DNA from: Hyalangium minutum
Lineage (GTDB): Bacteria; Myxococcota; Myxococcia; Myxococcales; Myxococcaceae
Direction: 5' to 3'
NCBI RefSeq assembly: GCF_000737315.1
Contig: NZ_JMCB01000008.1
Location: forward strand, 20,001 to 144,000
DNA: 124,000 nt
Below are positions 41,855 to 52,322 of the stretch, in pieces. The number at the start of each line of letters is the position of its first letter. Position 1 is the stretch's first letter. The position numbers and the translations under genes were made by a program. The notes under the pieces are model-generated. The model did no database searches. It saw only the letters and a program-made list of their open reading frames with translations, and had not been told where the DNA came from.

Positions 41855-42901
41855 CTACCGCCGGCGCCGGGCCAGCGTCAGCAGCGCGGGGCCGATCTCC
41901 CCCAGCGGCAGCACCCGCTTCACCACTCCGGTGGAGATGGCCTCCTGGGGCATGCCGAAGACGACGGCCGTCTCCTCGGACTCGGCCCAGACCTCGCCGC
42001 CCACGTGGTGCACGTCCTTTGCCCCCGCCGCCCCGTCCGAGCCCATGCCCGTGAGCACCACCGCCAGGGACTTGTGCCCCAGCGCCTTGGACACGCTGGT
42101 GAAGAGCCGGTCCACCGACGGCACGTACCGGTCCTTCGCGGCGACCTCGGGCGTCTTCAGCACCAGGTGACCGGCCTGCTCCACCAGCAGCATGTGGCGC
42201 CCGCCCGGAGCGATGAAGACGTGGCCAGGGGCCAGACGGTCTCCCTCCTTCGCCTCCGAGACGTGGAACGGGCCAATGCTGTCCAGCCGGTCCGCGAACG
42301 CCTTGGTGAACTGGGAGGGCATGTGCTGGCAGACCAGCACGCAGAAGGTGGGCTCGGCCGCGAGCGCCTCCAGGAGCCGCTGCACCGCCGGAGGCCCACC
42401 CGTGGACGCGCCCACGGCCACGATGAAGGGGGGCGCCTCGATGGGCTCGCGCTCCCGAGGCAGCCGCGTGGGAAGCCGCCTCGCCCCACCCCCCCGGCGC
42501 ACCAGCCGCGCCGCGCGGACCTTCTCCAGCAGCTCCGTGCGCAGTTCCTCGAGCGCCTGCGGCGTCGGCTTGGCCGGCCGGGCGATGAAGTCGAAGGCCC
42601 CCAGTTCCAGCGCCTTGAAGACGTCCGCCTTGTGGGTATGGCTGGAGATGACGATGGCCGGCGTGGGAGCGGCGCTCCGCAGCAGCCGCAGGAAGGTGTA
42701 CCCGCCCATGCGGGGCATCTCCAGGTCCACCGTCACCACGTCGGGGCGCAGGTCCACCACCTTGCGCAGCCCCTCCTCACCGTCCAGCGCCCAGTCCAGC
42801 ACCTGGACATCCGGCTCGGACTCCAGCAGCTGCTTGATGGTCCTCCGGTTGTGCGCCGAATCGTCGATGACGAGCACCGTGGTGGGAGGGCGCGTCGTCA
42901 T
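41855..42901 (-). CDS. cheB: Chemotaxis methylesterase
   Basis: REC domain plus GASTGGP, QHMP, LTGMGSDG catalytic triad. Confidence 0.95.
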   Translation of the reverse strand: MTTRPPTTVLVIDDSAHNRRTIKQLLESEPDVQVLDWALDGEEGLRKVVDLRPDVVTVDLEMPRMGGYTFLRLLRSAAPTPAIVISSHTHKADVFKALELGAFDFIARPAKPTPQALEELRTELLEKVRAARLVRRGGGARRLPTRLPREREPIEAPPFIVAVGASTGGPPAVQRLLEALAAEPTFCVLVCQHMPSQFTKAFADRLDSIGPFHVSEAKEGDRLAPGHVFIAPGGRHMLLVEQAGHLVLKTPEVAAKDRYVPSVDRLFTSVSKALGHKSLAVVLTGMGSDGAAGAKDVHHVGGEVWAESEETAVVFGMPQEAISTGVVKRVLPLGEIGPALLTLARRRR

Positions 42902-43788
42902 AGCGTGCCCCTCGGGAGCAGCGGGGGCTTGCGGTACGCCAGGTCGCCTTGCAGGTGCACCAGCTCGAAGTCCGCGCCCAGGTTGAGCAGGTTCTCCGAG
43001 TGGCCCAGCAGCAGATAGCCCCCAGGCACGAGCCGGTCATGGAAGACCTGAAGCACGCGGCGCCGTGCCGGAAGATCGAAGTAGATCATCACGTTGCGGC
43101 AGAACACGGCGTCCACCTTCGGCATCTGGCGGCAGGCCTCCTCGTCCAGCAAGTTGAGCTGCTCGAAGGTCACCCAGGAGCGCACGTCGTCCTTCACCCG
43201 GACCTTGTTGGCCCCGAGCGGGAGGAAGAAGCGCGCCACGTGCTCGGGCGAGGTGGCTCGCAGCGAGGACGGGCCGTACTCGCCCCGGCGGGCCGTGGTC
43301 AGCACCCGGCGGGAGATGTCCGTGCCGTAGACGAGGACATCCCAGCCCTCGAAGCGGCGGCTCTGCTGCAGGAGCATCGCGATGGTGAAGGCCTCCTCTC
43401 CCGTGGAGCAGCCGGCGGACCAGATGCGCAGCCGCTTGAGGGCGCCGTTGCGCTGCTGGAGCGCGGGCAGCAGCTCATCGGTGAAGGCCTGGAGCTGGCC
43501 GGGCTCGCGGAAGAAGTAGGTCTCATGGGTCGTCAGCGCCTCGACGGCGGCCTCCAGCTCCACGCGGCGCTGGGCGTCATAGCGCAGGTAGCGGTGGTAG
43601 CCGGCGAAGTCCCGCAAGCCCAGCGCCTCCAGCCGGGGCCACAGGCGCCGCTCCATGACGAACTTCATGTCCTCGCGCACGAGGATGCCGCAATGGGAGT
43701 AGACATGGTCGCGGAGGAGTCTGAACTCCTCTGCGCTCATCTCCGGCCGGCCTTCTTCGTCGAAGCGTGACCCCACCTGAGCCCCCAT
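42898..43788 (-). CDS. cheR: Chemotaxis methyltransferase
   Basis: TTHETYFFRE, WSAGCSTGEE, FCRNVMIYF. Confidence 0.95.
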   Translation of the reverse strand: MGAQVGSRFDEEGRPEMSAEEFRLLRDHVYSHCGILVREDMKFVMERRLWPRLEALGLRDFAGYHRYLRYDAQRRVELEAAVEALTTHETYFFREPGQLQAFTDELLPALQQRNGALKRLRIWSAGCSTGEEAFTIAMLLQQSRRFEGWDVLVYGTDISRRVLTTARRGEYGPSSLRATSPEHVARFFLPLGANKVRVKDDVRSWVTFEQLNLLDEEACRQMPKVDAVFCRNVMIYFDLPARRRVLQVFHDRLVPGGYLLLGHSENLLNLGADFELVHLQGDLAYRKPPLLPRGTL

Positions 43789-43791
43789 CTC

Positions 43792-45768
43792 TCATCGCCT
43801 CGAGAGGCGCTCCACCGCATCCGTGAGCGCCCGCCGTGCCAGCGCGTCCTGCTCCACCGCCAACGCCGATCGCACAGCCTCTAGACTGTCGCGTCCTCCC
43901 GAATCTCCCAGCACCCGAGCCGCCGTGGCGCGCACGTCCCAGCCGGGGTGCTGCAACAGCTCCACCGCCAGCGCCACACCCTCGGCCGACACCGCTCCGG
44001 CCTGGAGCGCGGCCTTCACCACCTCCGCGTCCGCGTGGCGCGTGGCCTCTCGGAGCACCTGCGGCCGCACGGAGCCAATGCGCCCCAGCGCGCGCACCGC
44101 CCGTCCCGCCAGCGCACCGTCTGGGTGGCTCACCAGCGCCTCGAGCTCGGGCATCCGGTCAGAGGCGCCACACTCGCCCAGCGCCTCCACGGCGGCGAGC
44201 TGCACGGCGATGTCCTCGTCCTGCAGCGCAGGCTTGAGCAGCGCGCCCGCGGAGGGATCTCCTACCCTCCCCACCGCCCGGGCCCCTGCCGCACGCACCG
44301 GCGCCGCCTCGTCCTGCAGCGCCGAGCGGGCCAGCTCCAGCCCCACCGCGGGATCCACGTCCATCGCGGCTCCCAGGGCCGCCGCGCGCAGCAGCGGATC
44401 CGAGGCCCGCGCCAGCTTGCGGAACGTCGGCAGCGCGGCAGTGCCTCCCGCGTGGGCGTACGCGGCCAGTGCGGCCGGAGAGGGCCGCTTCTCGACCACT
44501 TCCTCCAGCGCCGCGAGCACGGCCTCCCGGCAGCCACCGGAGAGAACCCCCAGCGCCCGGACCGCCGCGCCTGCCAGGGCCGGCTCTTCGAGCAACGCCA
44601 CCAGAGGCGCCACCGCATCCGGCGACTGGGTCCGCCCCAGCGCCTTCACGGCCACGGCGCGAAGATCGTCCTCGGCCCACTCCAGCAGCGCGCTCAGCGC
44701 CGGGACATAGGACGGATCCACCATCTCCAGCATCGCCTGGGCGGCGGCTGCACGCGCGGGCAGGGACAGCTCCGCCATGCGCCCGAGCAGCTCACGCCCC
44801 GCCTCGGAGCCGAGCCGGGACAGCGTGCGAATCACTTCGCGCAGCAGCCGATCTTCCCGTGCCGCCTCCGCCACCGCGATGGCGAGCGAAGGCTCCCGCA
44901 GGGCCCCGGCCGCCACGAGCGCTCCGGCCCGAACAGGCATGTCCTCGTTCTCGAAGGCGCGGGTGACGAACTCCACGGCCTCGGGCACGCGCTTGAGGGC
45001 GGCACGCGTCTGGGCGTCAATCTCCGCGCGCAGGGTGCCGTCCGCCACGCTGGCCTGGCTGCCCAGGGCGCCCAGCGCGGCCTCGCGGATGGAGCGGACC
45101 TCCGAGCCCAGCCCCCGGCTGATGAGCTCCGTGGCGGCCACCTGGGGAATGAGCCCCATGACGCGGTAGGCGCTGCGGCGCAGCAGCGGATCACTCAGCA
45201 GGGGAACCACCACGGGCAGCGGCGGCGGCCACTGAAGCTGCGAGAGCGCCTCCAGCACGGCCAGCCGCAGCAGCGTCTCGGGCTCCTTGAGCAAGCCCTC
45301 CAGGGCGCGCGCCCCGGCATCCGAGCCCAGCCGCCCCAGCGCCTCCACGGCGGAGACGCGGACGTTGAGATCCGAGTCCGCCAGCGCGCCAATCAGCGCG
45401 CTCTCCGACGCGCGCCGCCCCAGCTGCCCGAGGATGTCCGCGGCGAACTTCCGCTGATCGGGATCCTCATGGGTCAGCAGCCGGATGAGCGGCGCCACCG
45501 ACACATCCCCGAGCCCCACGAGGGCCTCGGCGGCGGCGTTGCGAGCCCCCGTCTCACCGCGCTCGCCCAGGACGGCGACGAGCCGCTGAGCCACCTGCGT
45601 GAGGGAGGGCAGCCGCCGCAGGGCCTCGGACGCAGCCCGGCGCACGCGCCAGCTCTCGTCGTGGAGGCCCTGAATGAGCGCATCGAGCGCGGTAGGGCTC
45701 GCGGGGTCCACCGCGAGCACCGCCTGGTAACGCTCCTCCTCGGGCTGGGGAGCGAGCACGTGGGTCAC
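43792..45768 (-). CDS. HEAT-repeat protein
   Basis: Repeated D....VR..A.EALG.LG units; GTG start overlapping the cheW stop inferred. Confidence 0.88.
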   Translation of the reverse strand: MTHVLAPQPEEERYQAVLAVDPASPTALDALIQGLHDESWRVRRAASEALRRLPSLTQVAQRLVAVLGERGETGARNAAAEALVGLGDVSVAPLIRLLTHEDPDQRKFAADILGQLGRRASESALIGALADSDLNVRVSAVEALGRLGSDAGARALEGLLKEPETLLRLAVLEALSQLQWPPPLPVVVPLLSDPLLRRSAYRVMGLIPQVAATELISRGLGSEVRSIREAALGALGSQASVADGTLRAEIDAQTRAALKRVPEAVEFVTRAFENEDMPVRAGALVAAGALREPSLAIAVAEAAREDRLLREVIRTLSRLGSEAGRELLGRMAELSLPARAAAAQAMLEMVDPSYVPALSALLEWAEDDLRAVAVKALGRTQSPDAVAPLVALLEEPALAGAAVRALGVLSGGCREAVLAALEEVVEKRPSPAALAAYAHAGGTAALPTFRKLARASDPLLRAAALGAAMDVDPAVGLELARSALQDEAAPVRAAGARAVGRVGDPSAGALLKPALQDEDIAVQLAAVEALGECGASDRMPELEALVSHPDGALAGRAVRALGRIGSVRPQVLREATRHADAEVVKAALQAGAVSAEGVALAVELLQHPGWDVRATAARVLGDSGGRDSLEAVRSALAVEQDALARRALTDAVERLSRR

Positions 45769-46286
45769 GCCTCGCCTCCCATCCGCTTCGCCTCCCGCTC
45801 CACCTCCGAGCGCAGCAGCACCTTGATGTCCAGCAGCAGCCGCGGGCGCTCCACCGTCCCGCACACGCCCACCACGAACGGCGTACGGCCCGGCGACAGC
45901 AGCGCCGGCGCAGGCTTGATCTCACTGCGGCGCACCCGCATGACCTCCGTGACCCGATCCACCCTGAGCGCCAACCTCCTCCGGCCTACCAGGCATACCA
46001 GCAACCGGGTCTTCTGGGAGGCCGGAGCCTCCACGGTGTTCAACCGCTGGCGCAGATCCACCACCGGCAGCAGGGCCCCGCGCAGGTGCAGCATGCCCTC
46101 GACGAACGAGGGCGCTCGCGGCACGGGGATGACACGCTGAGGTGGGAGGATCTCTTCCACGCGCATGATGTCGACAACGTACTCCTCACGGCCCACGGAG
46201 AAGCAGCACAGCTGCACGAGCGGGTCACGGGGCGCCGAGTCCTCGGGGCGGGGGCGGCGCGTGGTCAGGGTCACCGGCTCTCTCAT
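45765..46286 (-). CDS. cheW: CheW coupling protein
   Basis: F.VG.EEY.VDI..V.EI, VP.AP.FVEG...LRG..LPVVDL. Confidence 0.9.
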   Translation of the reverse strand: MREPVTLTTRRPRPEDSAPRDPLVQLCCFSVGREEYVVDIMRVEEILPPQRVIPVPRAPSFVEGMLHLRGALLPVVDLRQRLNTVEAPASQKTRLLVCLVGRRRLALRVDRVTEVMRVRRSEIKPAPALLSPGRTPFVVGVCGTVERPRLLLDIKVLLRSEVEREAKRMGGEA

Positions 46287-46843
46287 GCGAGCGCCTGCTG
46301 AATGTCGAGGAGAATGTAGAGCTGCGAGTTGCGGCGGCCGATGCCCACCACACAGTCGCGCTCGCCGCCGAGCCCCTGCGGGGCCGGCTCCAGCATGGAG
46401 GGCTTGAGGCGGACCACGTCCCGGACCGAGTCCACCCACACACCCGCGGGGCCCTCCTCCGTATGGGCCACGAGGATGCGGGCCTGGCGCGGAGGCGGCG
46501 GCGCATCGGGGCCCGCCACCACGGAGGCCGTGTCGGTCAACCTCAGCCGCATCTTCAAGTCATACACGGGGATGACATCCCCCCGCAGGTTCATCACGCC
46601 CAGCAGCCCGGCCTCCGCTCGAGGAATCTCCGTCAACGGGGGCACCTTGCCGATCTCCCGGATGGAGGTGATGGGGACAGCGTAGCACTCGTCCTCCAGG
46701 ACGAAGGCCAGGTACTCCTCGGGCGTCTCCTCGGGGATGAGGGGCTGAAGCTCGTCGCTGCCCGCAGCGAACTCCAACAGGCCCCCGACGTCCTCGTCCG
46801 GCCGGTAGAAGAAGTCATCGAGCAGTGCGGAGAAGCGCGACAC
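46283..46843 (-). CDS. cheW: CheW coupling protein
   Basis: YAVPI..IREI, GVMNLRG.VIPV.DL. Confidence 0.92.
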   Translation of the reverse strand: MSRFSALLDDFFYRPDEDVGGLLEFAAGSDELQPLIPEETPEEYLAFVLEDECYAVPITSIREIGKVPPLTEIPRAEAGLLGVMNLRGDVIPVYDLKMRLRLTDTASVVAGPDAPPPPRQARILVAHTEEGPAGVWVDSVRDVVRLKPSMLEPAPQGLGGERDCVVGIGRRNSQLYILLDIQQALA

Positions 46844-46879
46844 GGGCAGAGAAGAATAGCAGCCCCGGGGCCCCTTGCG

Positions 46880-49219
46880 TCACGCCCAGCGACGCTCGGG
46901 CCCCATTCCATCTTCAAGCAGTGCCGCGACATCCAGAACGAGCACGGTTCTCCGGTTTCCCAGATCCGTCGCGCCTGAGATGCCTCGCACGGACTGGAGC
47001 CGGCCGCCCAGCGGCTTGGTGACGATGTCCTGCTGGCCGAAGAGCTCGTCCACGGCGATGCCCATGCGCTCCTGCGCCAAGCCCACCACCACCACGAAGT
47101 GGCGGCCGGTGTTGCGCTCGGGGAGCTTGAAGAGACGGGCCAGCCGGGTGAACGGCAGCGTCTGTCCGCGCAAGTCCAGCACCTCGCGCCGCTCCACGGT
47201 GCGGATGTCCTTGGGCTGCACGGAGAGGATCTCCAGCACGCTGTTGAGCGGCACCGCGTAGGTCCGCCCACTCACCCCCACCACCAGGGCGCGGATGATG
47301 GCCAGCGTAAGCGGGAGGGTGAGCTGGAAGGCCGTCCCCCGCCCGCGCTCGCTCCACACGTCGATGAGGCCCGACAGGTTGCTGATGTTGTTCTTCACCA
47401 CGTCCAGGCCCACACCGCGGCCGGACAGCTCGGACACGTTGCGAGCGGTGGAGAAGCCCGGCAGGAAGATGAGGTTGAGCAGCTCCCGCCGGGTCATCTC
47501 GTGGGCCTGGGCCTCGGTGATGAGCCCCTTCTGAATGGCCACCTCGCGGACGCGCAGCTCGTCGATGCCGGAGCCGTCGTCGCTCACCTCGATGACGACG
47601 TGGTTGCCCTTCTGCTCGGCCCTCAGCGACACGGTGGCGCGGCGCGACTTGCCCGCGGCCACCCGGGCCTCCGGGGGCTCCACGCCGTGATCGATGGCGT
47701 TGCGGATGATGTGCATCAGCGGATCGCTCAGCTCCTCGACGATGAGCTTGTCCAGCTCCACCTCACCGCCGCTGCTCAGGAAGTCGATCTCCTTGCCGGC
47801 CTCGCGGGCGATGCGGCGCACCAGCCGGGCCAGCTTGTCGAAGACCTGGCCCACCGGGACCATGCGCGCCTCGAGCAACCCGCCCTGGAGCGCGTCCAGC
47901 TTGCGCTCGAGCTGCCGCGTCTCGCGCGCCAGCTCCGTCACCCAGGCCTTGGAGAGCACCAGCGTGCCCTCCTGCCGCGCCGTCTCCGCCATGCGCTGGA
48001 GGTTGGCCTTGATGAGCAGCAGCTCGCCCACCGTGTTCATCAGCCCGTCCAGGCGGCGGATGTCCACGCGCACCGTCTGAGTCAGCGAGCGCAGCGAGGT
48101 GTCCGGGTCGATCTTCGGCCCCCGGGAGATCGGTTCACCCGTAGCGCCATCGACGACCTCGGTGATGCCCAGGTCGGCCACCGGGGGCGGCGTCATCAAC
48201 GGCGGAGGGAGCTCGTCATCCGGCACCGGGGGCGGAGGCAGCACAGCACCCGCCCCCTTGGCCGGCTTCGCGCCCGAGCGTCCCTTGGCCAGGGCCTTGG
48301 ACTCCTCGGCGGGAGTCGGCGCGGGGGTGACCACCTTCGCCGGAGCAGTGGGAGTCGGCGGCGGAGTCGCAACGCTCTTGGTGGGAAGCGGAGCTTCGGG
48401 GGAGCGGGCCACCACTGTCGTCCGGGGAGGCTCGCGGGGGGCCGGAGGCGCCGAGCGTCCCGGAACCGGGGCACGCACCCCGAGCTGGGAGAGCTGCGCA
48501 GGGGTGCCATCGAGCGCCTCGGACAGCTCGGGGCCGGACACCTTCGAGCCGAAGATGAGATCGAACGCGATGCCACTGGCGCTGCTGGGCTGGGCCGAGG
48601 GCAGCGTGCTGATGATCTCGCCCACGGGCTTGAGGCGGGAGTTCAGCTCGGCCAGGCCCTTGTCGAAGTCGGACAAGTCAAAGTCGGCGCGCACGCGCCA
48701 CAGCGCCACGCCCCGGCGGACGTTCTCCCGCAGCCGGTGCTCCTCGTACTCGGTGAAGACGGCGCGCACCTGGGAGTCCAGGTCCAGGCGGTCGAGCGGA
48801 TCCTCCTCGCCCGGAGCCGAGGGCTCGCCCAGGTGGGAGAAGCGCTCGATGAGCCCCTCCACCCGCGAGGACTGCGAGGACGAGGTCTCCCCGCGCGAAG
48901 CATCCACGAGCAGGGACTGGAGCACGTCCAGGGCCTCGACGAGCGAGTCCAGGGTGGTGTCGTCCAGGACGAGCTTGCCCAGCCGGAGCCGGTCCAGCAG
49001 GTCCTCCATGCCGTGGGCGAGCCGGGCGATGCGGTCCTGGCCGAACAGCCCCGCGAGCCCCTTGAGCGAGTGGGCGGCGCGGAAGATGCCGTTGATGAGA
49101 TCGGGGTCGACCTCCTGCCCCCGGCGCTCGTCGAGCGTGAGCAGGTCCTTGTTGAGCGTGTCGAGGATCTCCGTCGCCTCGGCGACGAACTCGGCCAGCG
49201 CTTTGCCTCCCTGGTTCAC
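46880..49219 (-). CDS. cheA: CheA histidine kinase
   Basis: HPt IFRAAHSLKG, HIIRNAIDHG, DDGSGI, GRGVGLDVV, P5 domain. Confidence 0.96.
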   Translation of the reverse strand: MNQGGKALAEFVAEATEILDTLNKDLLTLDERRGQEVDPDLINGIFRAAHSLKGLAGLFGQDRIARLAHGMEDLLDRLRLGKLVLDDTTLDSLVEALDVLQSLLVDASRGETSSSQSSRVEGLIERFSHLGEPSAPGEEDPLDRLDLDSQVRAVFTEYEEHRLRENVRRGVALWRVRADFDLSDFDKGLAELNSRLKPVGEIISTLPSAQPSSASGIAFDLIFGSKVSGPELSEALDGTPAQLSQLGVRAPVPGRSAPPAPREPPRTTVVARSPEAPLPTKSVATPPPTPTAPAKVVTPAPTPAEESKALAKGRSGAKPAKGAGAVLPPPPVPDDELPPPLMTPPPVADLGITEVVDGATGEPISRGPKIDPDTSLRSLTQTVRVDIRRLDGLMNTVGELLLIKANLQRMAETARQEGTLVLSKAWVTELARETRQLERKLDALQGGLLEARMVPVGQVFDKLARLVRRIAREAGKEIDFLSSGGEVELDKLIVEELSDPLMHIIRNAIDHGVEPPEARVAAGKSRRATVSLRAEQKGNHVVIEVSDDGSGIDELRVREVAIQKGLITEAQAHEMTRRELLNLIFLPGFSTARNVSELSGRGVGLDVVKNNISNLSGLIDVWSERGRGTAFQLTLPLTLAIIRALVVGVSGRTYAVPLNSVLEILSVQPKDIRTVERREVLDLRGQTLPFTRLARLFKLPERNTGRHFVVVVGLAQERMGIAVDELFGQQDIVTKPLGGRLQSVRGISGATDLGNRRTVLVLDVAALLEDGMGPERRWA

Positions 49220-49238
49220 GGCGGCGGGGCTCTCCGGC

Positions 49239-49613
49239 TCAGGCCAGCTTCAGGTAGCGCCGCAGCAGCGCGGTCAGATCATCCGGCTTGAACGGCTTGA
49301 CCAGGTACTCGGCGGCCCCGAGCGCCATGCCGCGATCCCGATCCTGCTCACGCCCCTCGGTGGTGATGATGAACAGGGGGGTGTCGCGGTAGTTCGGGTT
49401 CTTCTTGACGAAGTTGATCAGCTCCAGCCCGTTGATGTCGGGCATGTTGATGTCGGTGATGATCAGATCGAAGCGGTGACGCGGCAGCAGCTTGAGGGCC
49501 TCGAAGCCGCTGGCGGTGGTGAAGGCCTCGACTCCGGAGACGGACTCTACCGTGGCGGCGATGAACTCGCGCGACGCCTTGGAGTCCTCCACGATCAAGA
49601 CCTTGAGTCCCAT
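49239..49613 (-). CDS. cheY: CheY-like response regulator
   Basis: IVED, TDINMP, ITTE, YLVKPF. Confidence 0.88.
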   Translation of the reverse strand: MGLKVLIVEDSKASREFIAATVESVSGVEAFTTASGFEALKLLPRHRFDLIITDINMPDINGLELINFVKKNPNYRDTPLFIITTEGREQDRDRGMALGAAEYLVKPFKPDDLTALLRRYLKLA

Positions 49614-49673
49614 GTGGCCGGAAATGTTAGCAGAACCTCGACAGTGAGGTGATTCTTTGGCCGGACCTACCCG

Positions 49674-50162
49674 TCAGGACTTCTTCACGGGAAGGAGCTT
49701 CGCCAGAGACTTATCGGCCAGCACGGTAACGCGCTTCCCCTTGAAGCCCGGGAGGAAGTGCTGCTGGAGGGCCTCGGCCTGGGCGGCCTCGTCCACCTTG
49801 CCCCCGAAGGGAAGCTCCAGGGCCACGGACTCGACATTTGCCTTGGCGAGCACCTGGGCTGCATTGGCCAGGACCCGGCGCAGGGTGGCGGTGTCCAGGT
49901 TCTTCCGGGTGCCCAGGCCCACCGCGAAGATGCGGCCCATGGGCATCCGCCCGTCCGTGGGCAGCAGGAGCCAGTCTTCCTTCACGCCAGTGAAGAAGCC
50001 GCCCTTGAGCACCCGGGACAGGGAGCCGCACAGCCGCCAATCCACGTAGCCGGCGGTGCCGGGCAGGGGCCGGTCATCCTCGGCCACGAAGAGGCAGAGG
50101 GCGTCCACCCCGGTCAGGGCATCCAGGCCTTCGAGGCCGATCTCGTAGGTGGAGACGCTCAC
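49674..50162 (-). CDS. Stand-alone M17 peptidase N-terminal-like domain protein
   Basis: LPG.AG.VDWRL.G.LSR, IFAVGLG; no catalytic domain. Confidence 0.7.
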   Translation of the reverse strand: MSVSTYEIGLEGLDALTGVDALCLFVAEDDRPLPGTAGYVDWRLCGSLSRVLKGGFFTGVKEDWLLLPTDGRMPMGRIFAVGLGTRKNLDTATLRRVLANAAQVLAKANVESVALELPFGGKVDEAAQAEALQQHFLPGFKGKRVTVLADKSLAKLLPVKKS

Positions 50163-50584
50163 GGCTTTCCGAGGGACACCGCGACGCGGTCGAGCAGGCC
50201 GTTGACGAAGGCGCTGGACTCCTCCGTGCCGAAGTTCTTGCCCAGCTCCACGGCCTCGTTGATGGAGACCTTCTTGGGAATGTCCGGGCGGTACTTCAGC
50301 TCGAAGACGCCCAGGCGCAGCACGTTCCGGTCGATGCGGGACATGCGGTCCAGCCGCCAGTTGTGGCTGTGCTTCTCGATGAGCTCGTCAATCTCCTTCT
50401 GGTTCGCCCGGACGCCCTCGACGAGCTCCTGGGCGAACTTGACGGCGTCGGGGTCCGGCTTGCCCTCCTCGGTGGAGGCGGACCACGCGGACGCGAGCGC
50501 CTCGTAGGAGGAGAGGTTGTCGGCCATGTCCAACTGGTAGAGCGCCTGCAGCGCGCGCTCGCGGCCGGTTCTGCGAGCCCCCAT
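50159..50584 (-). CDS. nusB: Transcription antitermination factor NusB
   Basis: R..RERALQALY, DRNVLRL, INEAVELGK, FVNGLLD. Confidence 0.96.
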   Translation of the reverse strand: MGARRTGRERALQALYQLDMADNLSSYEALASAWSASTEEGKPDPDAVKFAQELVEGVRANQKEIDELIEKHSHNWRLDRMSRIDRNVLRLGVFELKYRPDIPKKVSINEAVELGKNFGTEESSAFVNGLLDRVAVSLGKP

Positions 50585-50587
50585 GAG

Positions 50588-51085
50588 CTAGCCCCTCTTT
50601 CCTTCCGCCATCTTCGCGTAGAGGTTCACCATCTCCAGGCAGGCCATGGCGGCCTCGGCGCCCTTGTTGCCCGCCTTCACGCCAGCCCGATCGATGGCCT
50701 GCTCCACTGTGTCCGTCGTCAGCACGCCGAAGGTGACGGAGACCGGCTTCTGCAGGGCCGCGCCGGAGAAGGCCACCGAGCCGATACCCTTGGAGCACTC
50801 GCCCGCCACATAGTCGAAGTGGGGGGTGCCGCCGCGGATGACGGCGCCCAGGGTGACGACGCCCACGTAGCTCTGAGTCTCCGTAACACGGCGCGTCAAA
50901 CCGGGCAGCTCATAGGTACCGGGGCAGCGGTAGACGTCGATGTCCGAGTCCGCCACGCCATGGCGCACGAGCGAGTCCACGGCGCCCTTCACCAGCTCCT
51001 CGGTGATGAACGCGTTGAAGCGGGCCACGCAGATGGCAAAGCGGCCCTTGGGAGGCAGGAAATCACCTTCGATGTAGCGAGGCAT
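50588..51085 (-). CDS. ribH: 6,7-dimethyl-8-ribityllumazine synthase
   Basis: ARFN, PGTYELP, GAVIRGGTPHFDYV, GNKG. Confidence 0.97.
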   Translation of the reverse strand: MPRYIEGDFLPPKGRFAICVARFNAFITEELVKGAVDSLVRHGVADSDIDVYRCPGTYELPGLTRRVTETQSYVGVVTLGAVIRGGTPHFDYVAGECSKGIGSVAFSGAALQKPVSVTFGVLTTDTVEQAIDRAGVKAGNKGAEAAMACLEMVNLYAKMAEGKRG

Positions 51086-51120
51086 GGAGTGCTTCCTACA
51101 CCAGCGCCGGGCTCACGTCT

Positions 51121-52311
51121 TCACGACTTGTCACGGCGGAGGCGGGGTGTCCGGGCGGCCACCTTCTGCGAGGCCTGGCTGTTGGACAGGGGGATCTGCT
51201 CCACCACCGCCAGGGAGTAGCTCTCCAGACCCACGATCTTCTTGGGGTTGTTGGTGAGCAGACGCAGCCGGGCGAGGCCGAGATCCTTGAGGATCTGCGC
51301 CCCGACGCCGAACTCGCGCAGGCGGGTCTGGTCCGGCTTGCCCTTCACCACTTCCTCATTGGAGATGTGGGTGCACTGGAGCCGGGCCTTCGCCGGGACA
51401 TCCTTCTGAAGGTAGATGATGACGCCGCGGCCTGCGGCCTGGATGTGCTGGATGGCCTGTTCGAGCTGGCTGCCGCACTCGCACTGGCTGCTGCCCAACA
51501 GATCGCCCACCAGACAACCCCGGTGGACGCGGGTGAGCACAGGCTCCTTGCCGCGGATGTCGCCCTTCACCAGGGCCACGTGCACGGCCGAGTCCACGTC
51601 GCTGCCGTAGGTGTAGGCCTGGAAGGTGCCCGCGCCCCGGCGCTCCAGGGTGGAGGAGCCGATGCGCTTCACCAGCCGCTCGCGCTCCAAGCGGTAGCGG
51701 ATGATGTCCGCCACCGAGAGCAGCACCAGCTTGTGCTTCCGGGCGAACTTCACCAGGTCCGGCCTGCGGGCCATGGAGCCGTCGGCGTTCATGATCTCGC
51801 AGATGACGCCGAACGGAGACAGCCCCGCCATGCGCGCGAGGTCCACGCTGCCCTCGGTCTGCCCGGTGCGCACGAGCACGCCGCCATCGCGGGCGCGCAG
51901 GGGGAAGATGTGGCCGGGGCGCACGAGGTCTCCCGGCTTGGCGTTGGGAGCCACGGCGGCCTGGATGGTGCGGGCGCGGTCGGCGGCGGAGATGCCAGTG
52001 GTGACGCCTCGGGCGGCCTCGATGGAGACGGTGAAGGCCGTCTGGAAGGGCGAGGTGTTGTCCTGCACCATCAGCGGCAGGTTCAGCTTGCGGATGCGGT
52101 CCTCGGTGAGGGACAGGCAGATGAGCCCGCGCCCATAGGTGGCCATGAAGTTGATGGCCTCGGGAGTGGCCTTCTCGGCGGCCATGACGAGGTCGCCCTC
52201 GTTCTCGCGGTCCTCGTCATCCGTGAGGATGACCATGCGGCCCTTGCGGATCTCCGCGAGCGCCTTCTCCACCAGCTCGATGACGTTCGACTCCTTCGTC
52301 CCGCGCGCCAT
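51121..52311 (-). CDS. ribB: DHBP synthase fused to a degenerate GTP cyclohydrolase II domain (RibBX-like)
   Basis: [15 protein letters not shown]; C-terminal RibA-like domain lacks QEGRGIGL..K..Y. Confidence 0.88.
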   Translation of the reverse strand: MARGTKESNVIELVEKALAEIRKGRMVILTDDEDRENEGDLVMAAEKATPEAINFMATYGRGLICLSLTEDRIRKLNLPLMVQDNTSPFQTAFTVSIEAARGVTTGISAADRARTIQAAVAPNAKPGDLVRPGHIFPLRARDGGVLVRTGQTEGSVDLARMAGLSPFGVICEIMNADGSMARRPDLVKFARKHKLVLLSVADIIRYRLERERLVKRIGSSTLERRGAGTFQAYTYGSDVDSAVHVALVKGDIRGKEPVLTRVHRGCLVGDLLGSSQCECGSQLEQAIQHIQAAGRGVIIYLQKDVPAKARLQCTHISNEEVVKGKPDQTRLREFGVGAQILKDLGLARLRLLTNNPKKIVGLESYSLAVVEQIPLSNSQASQKVAARTPRLRRDKS

Positions 52312-52322
52312 GCTTGTGCTCC

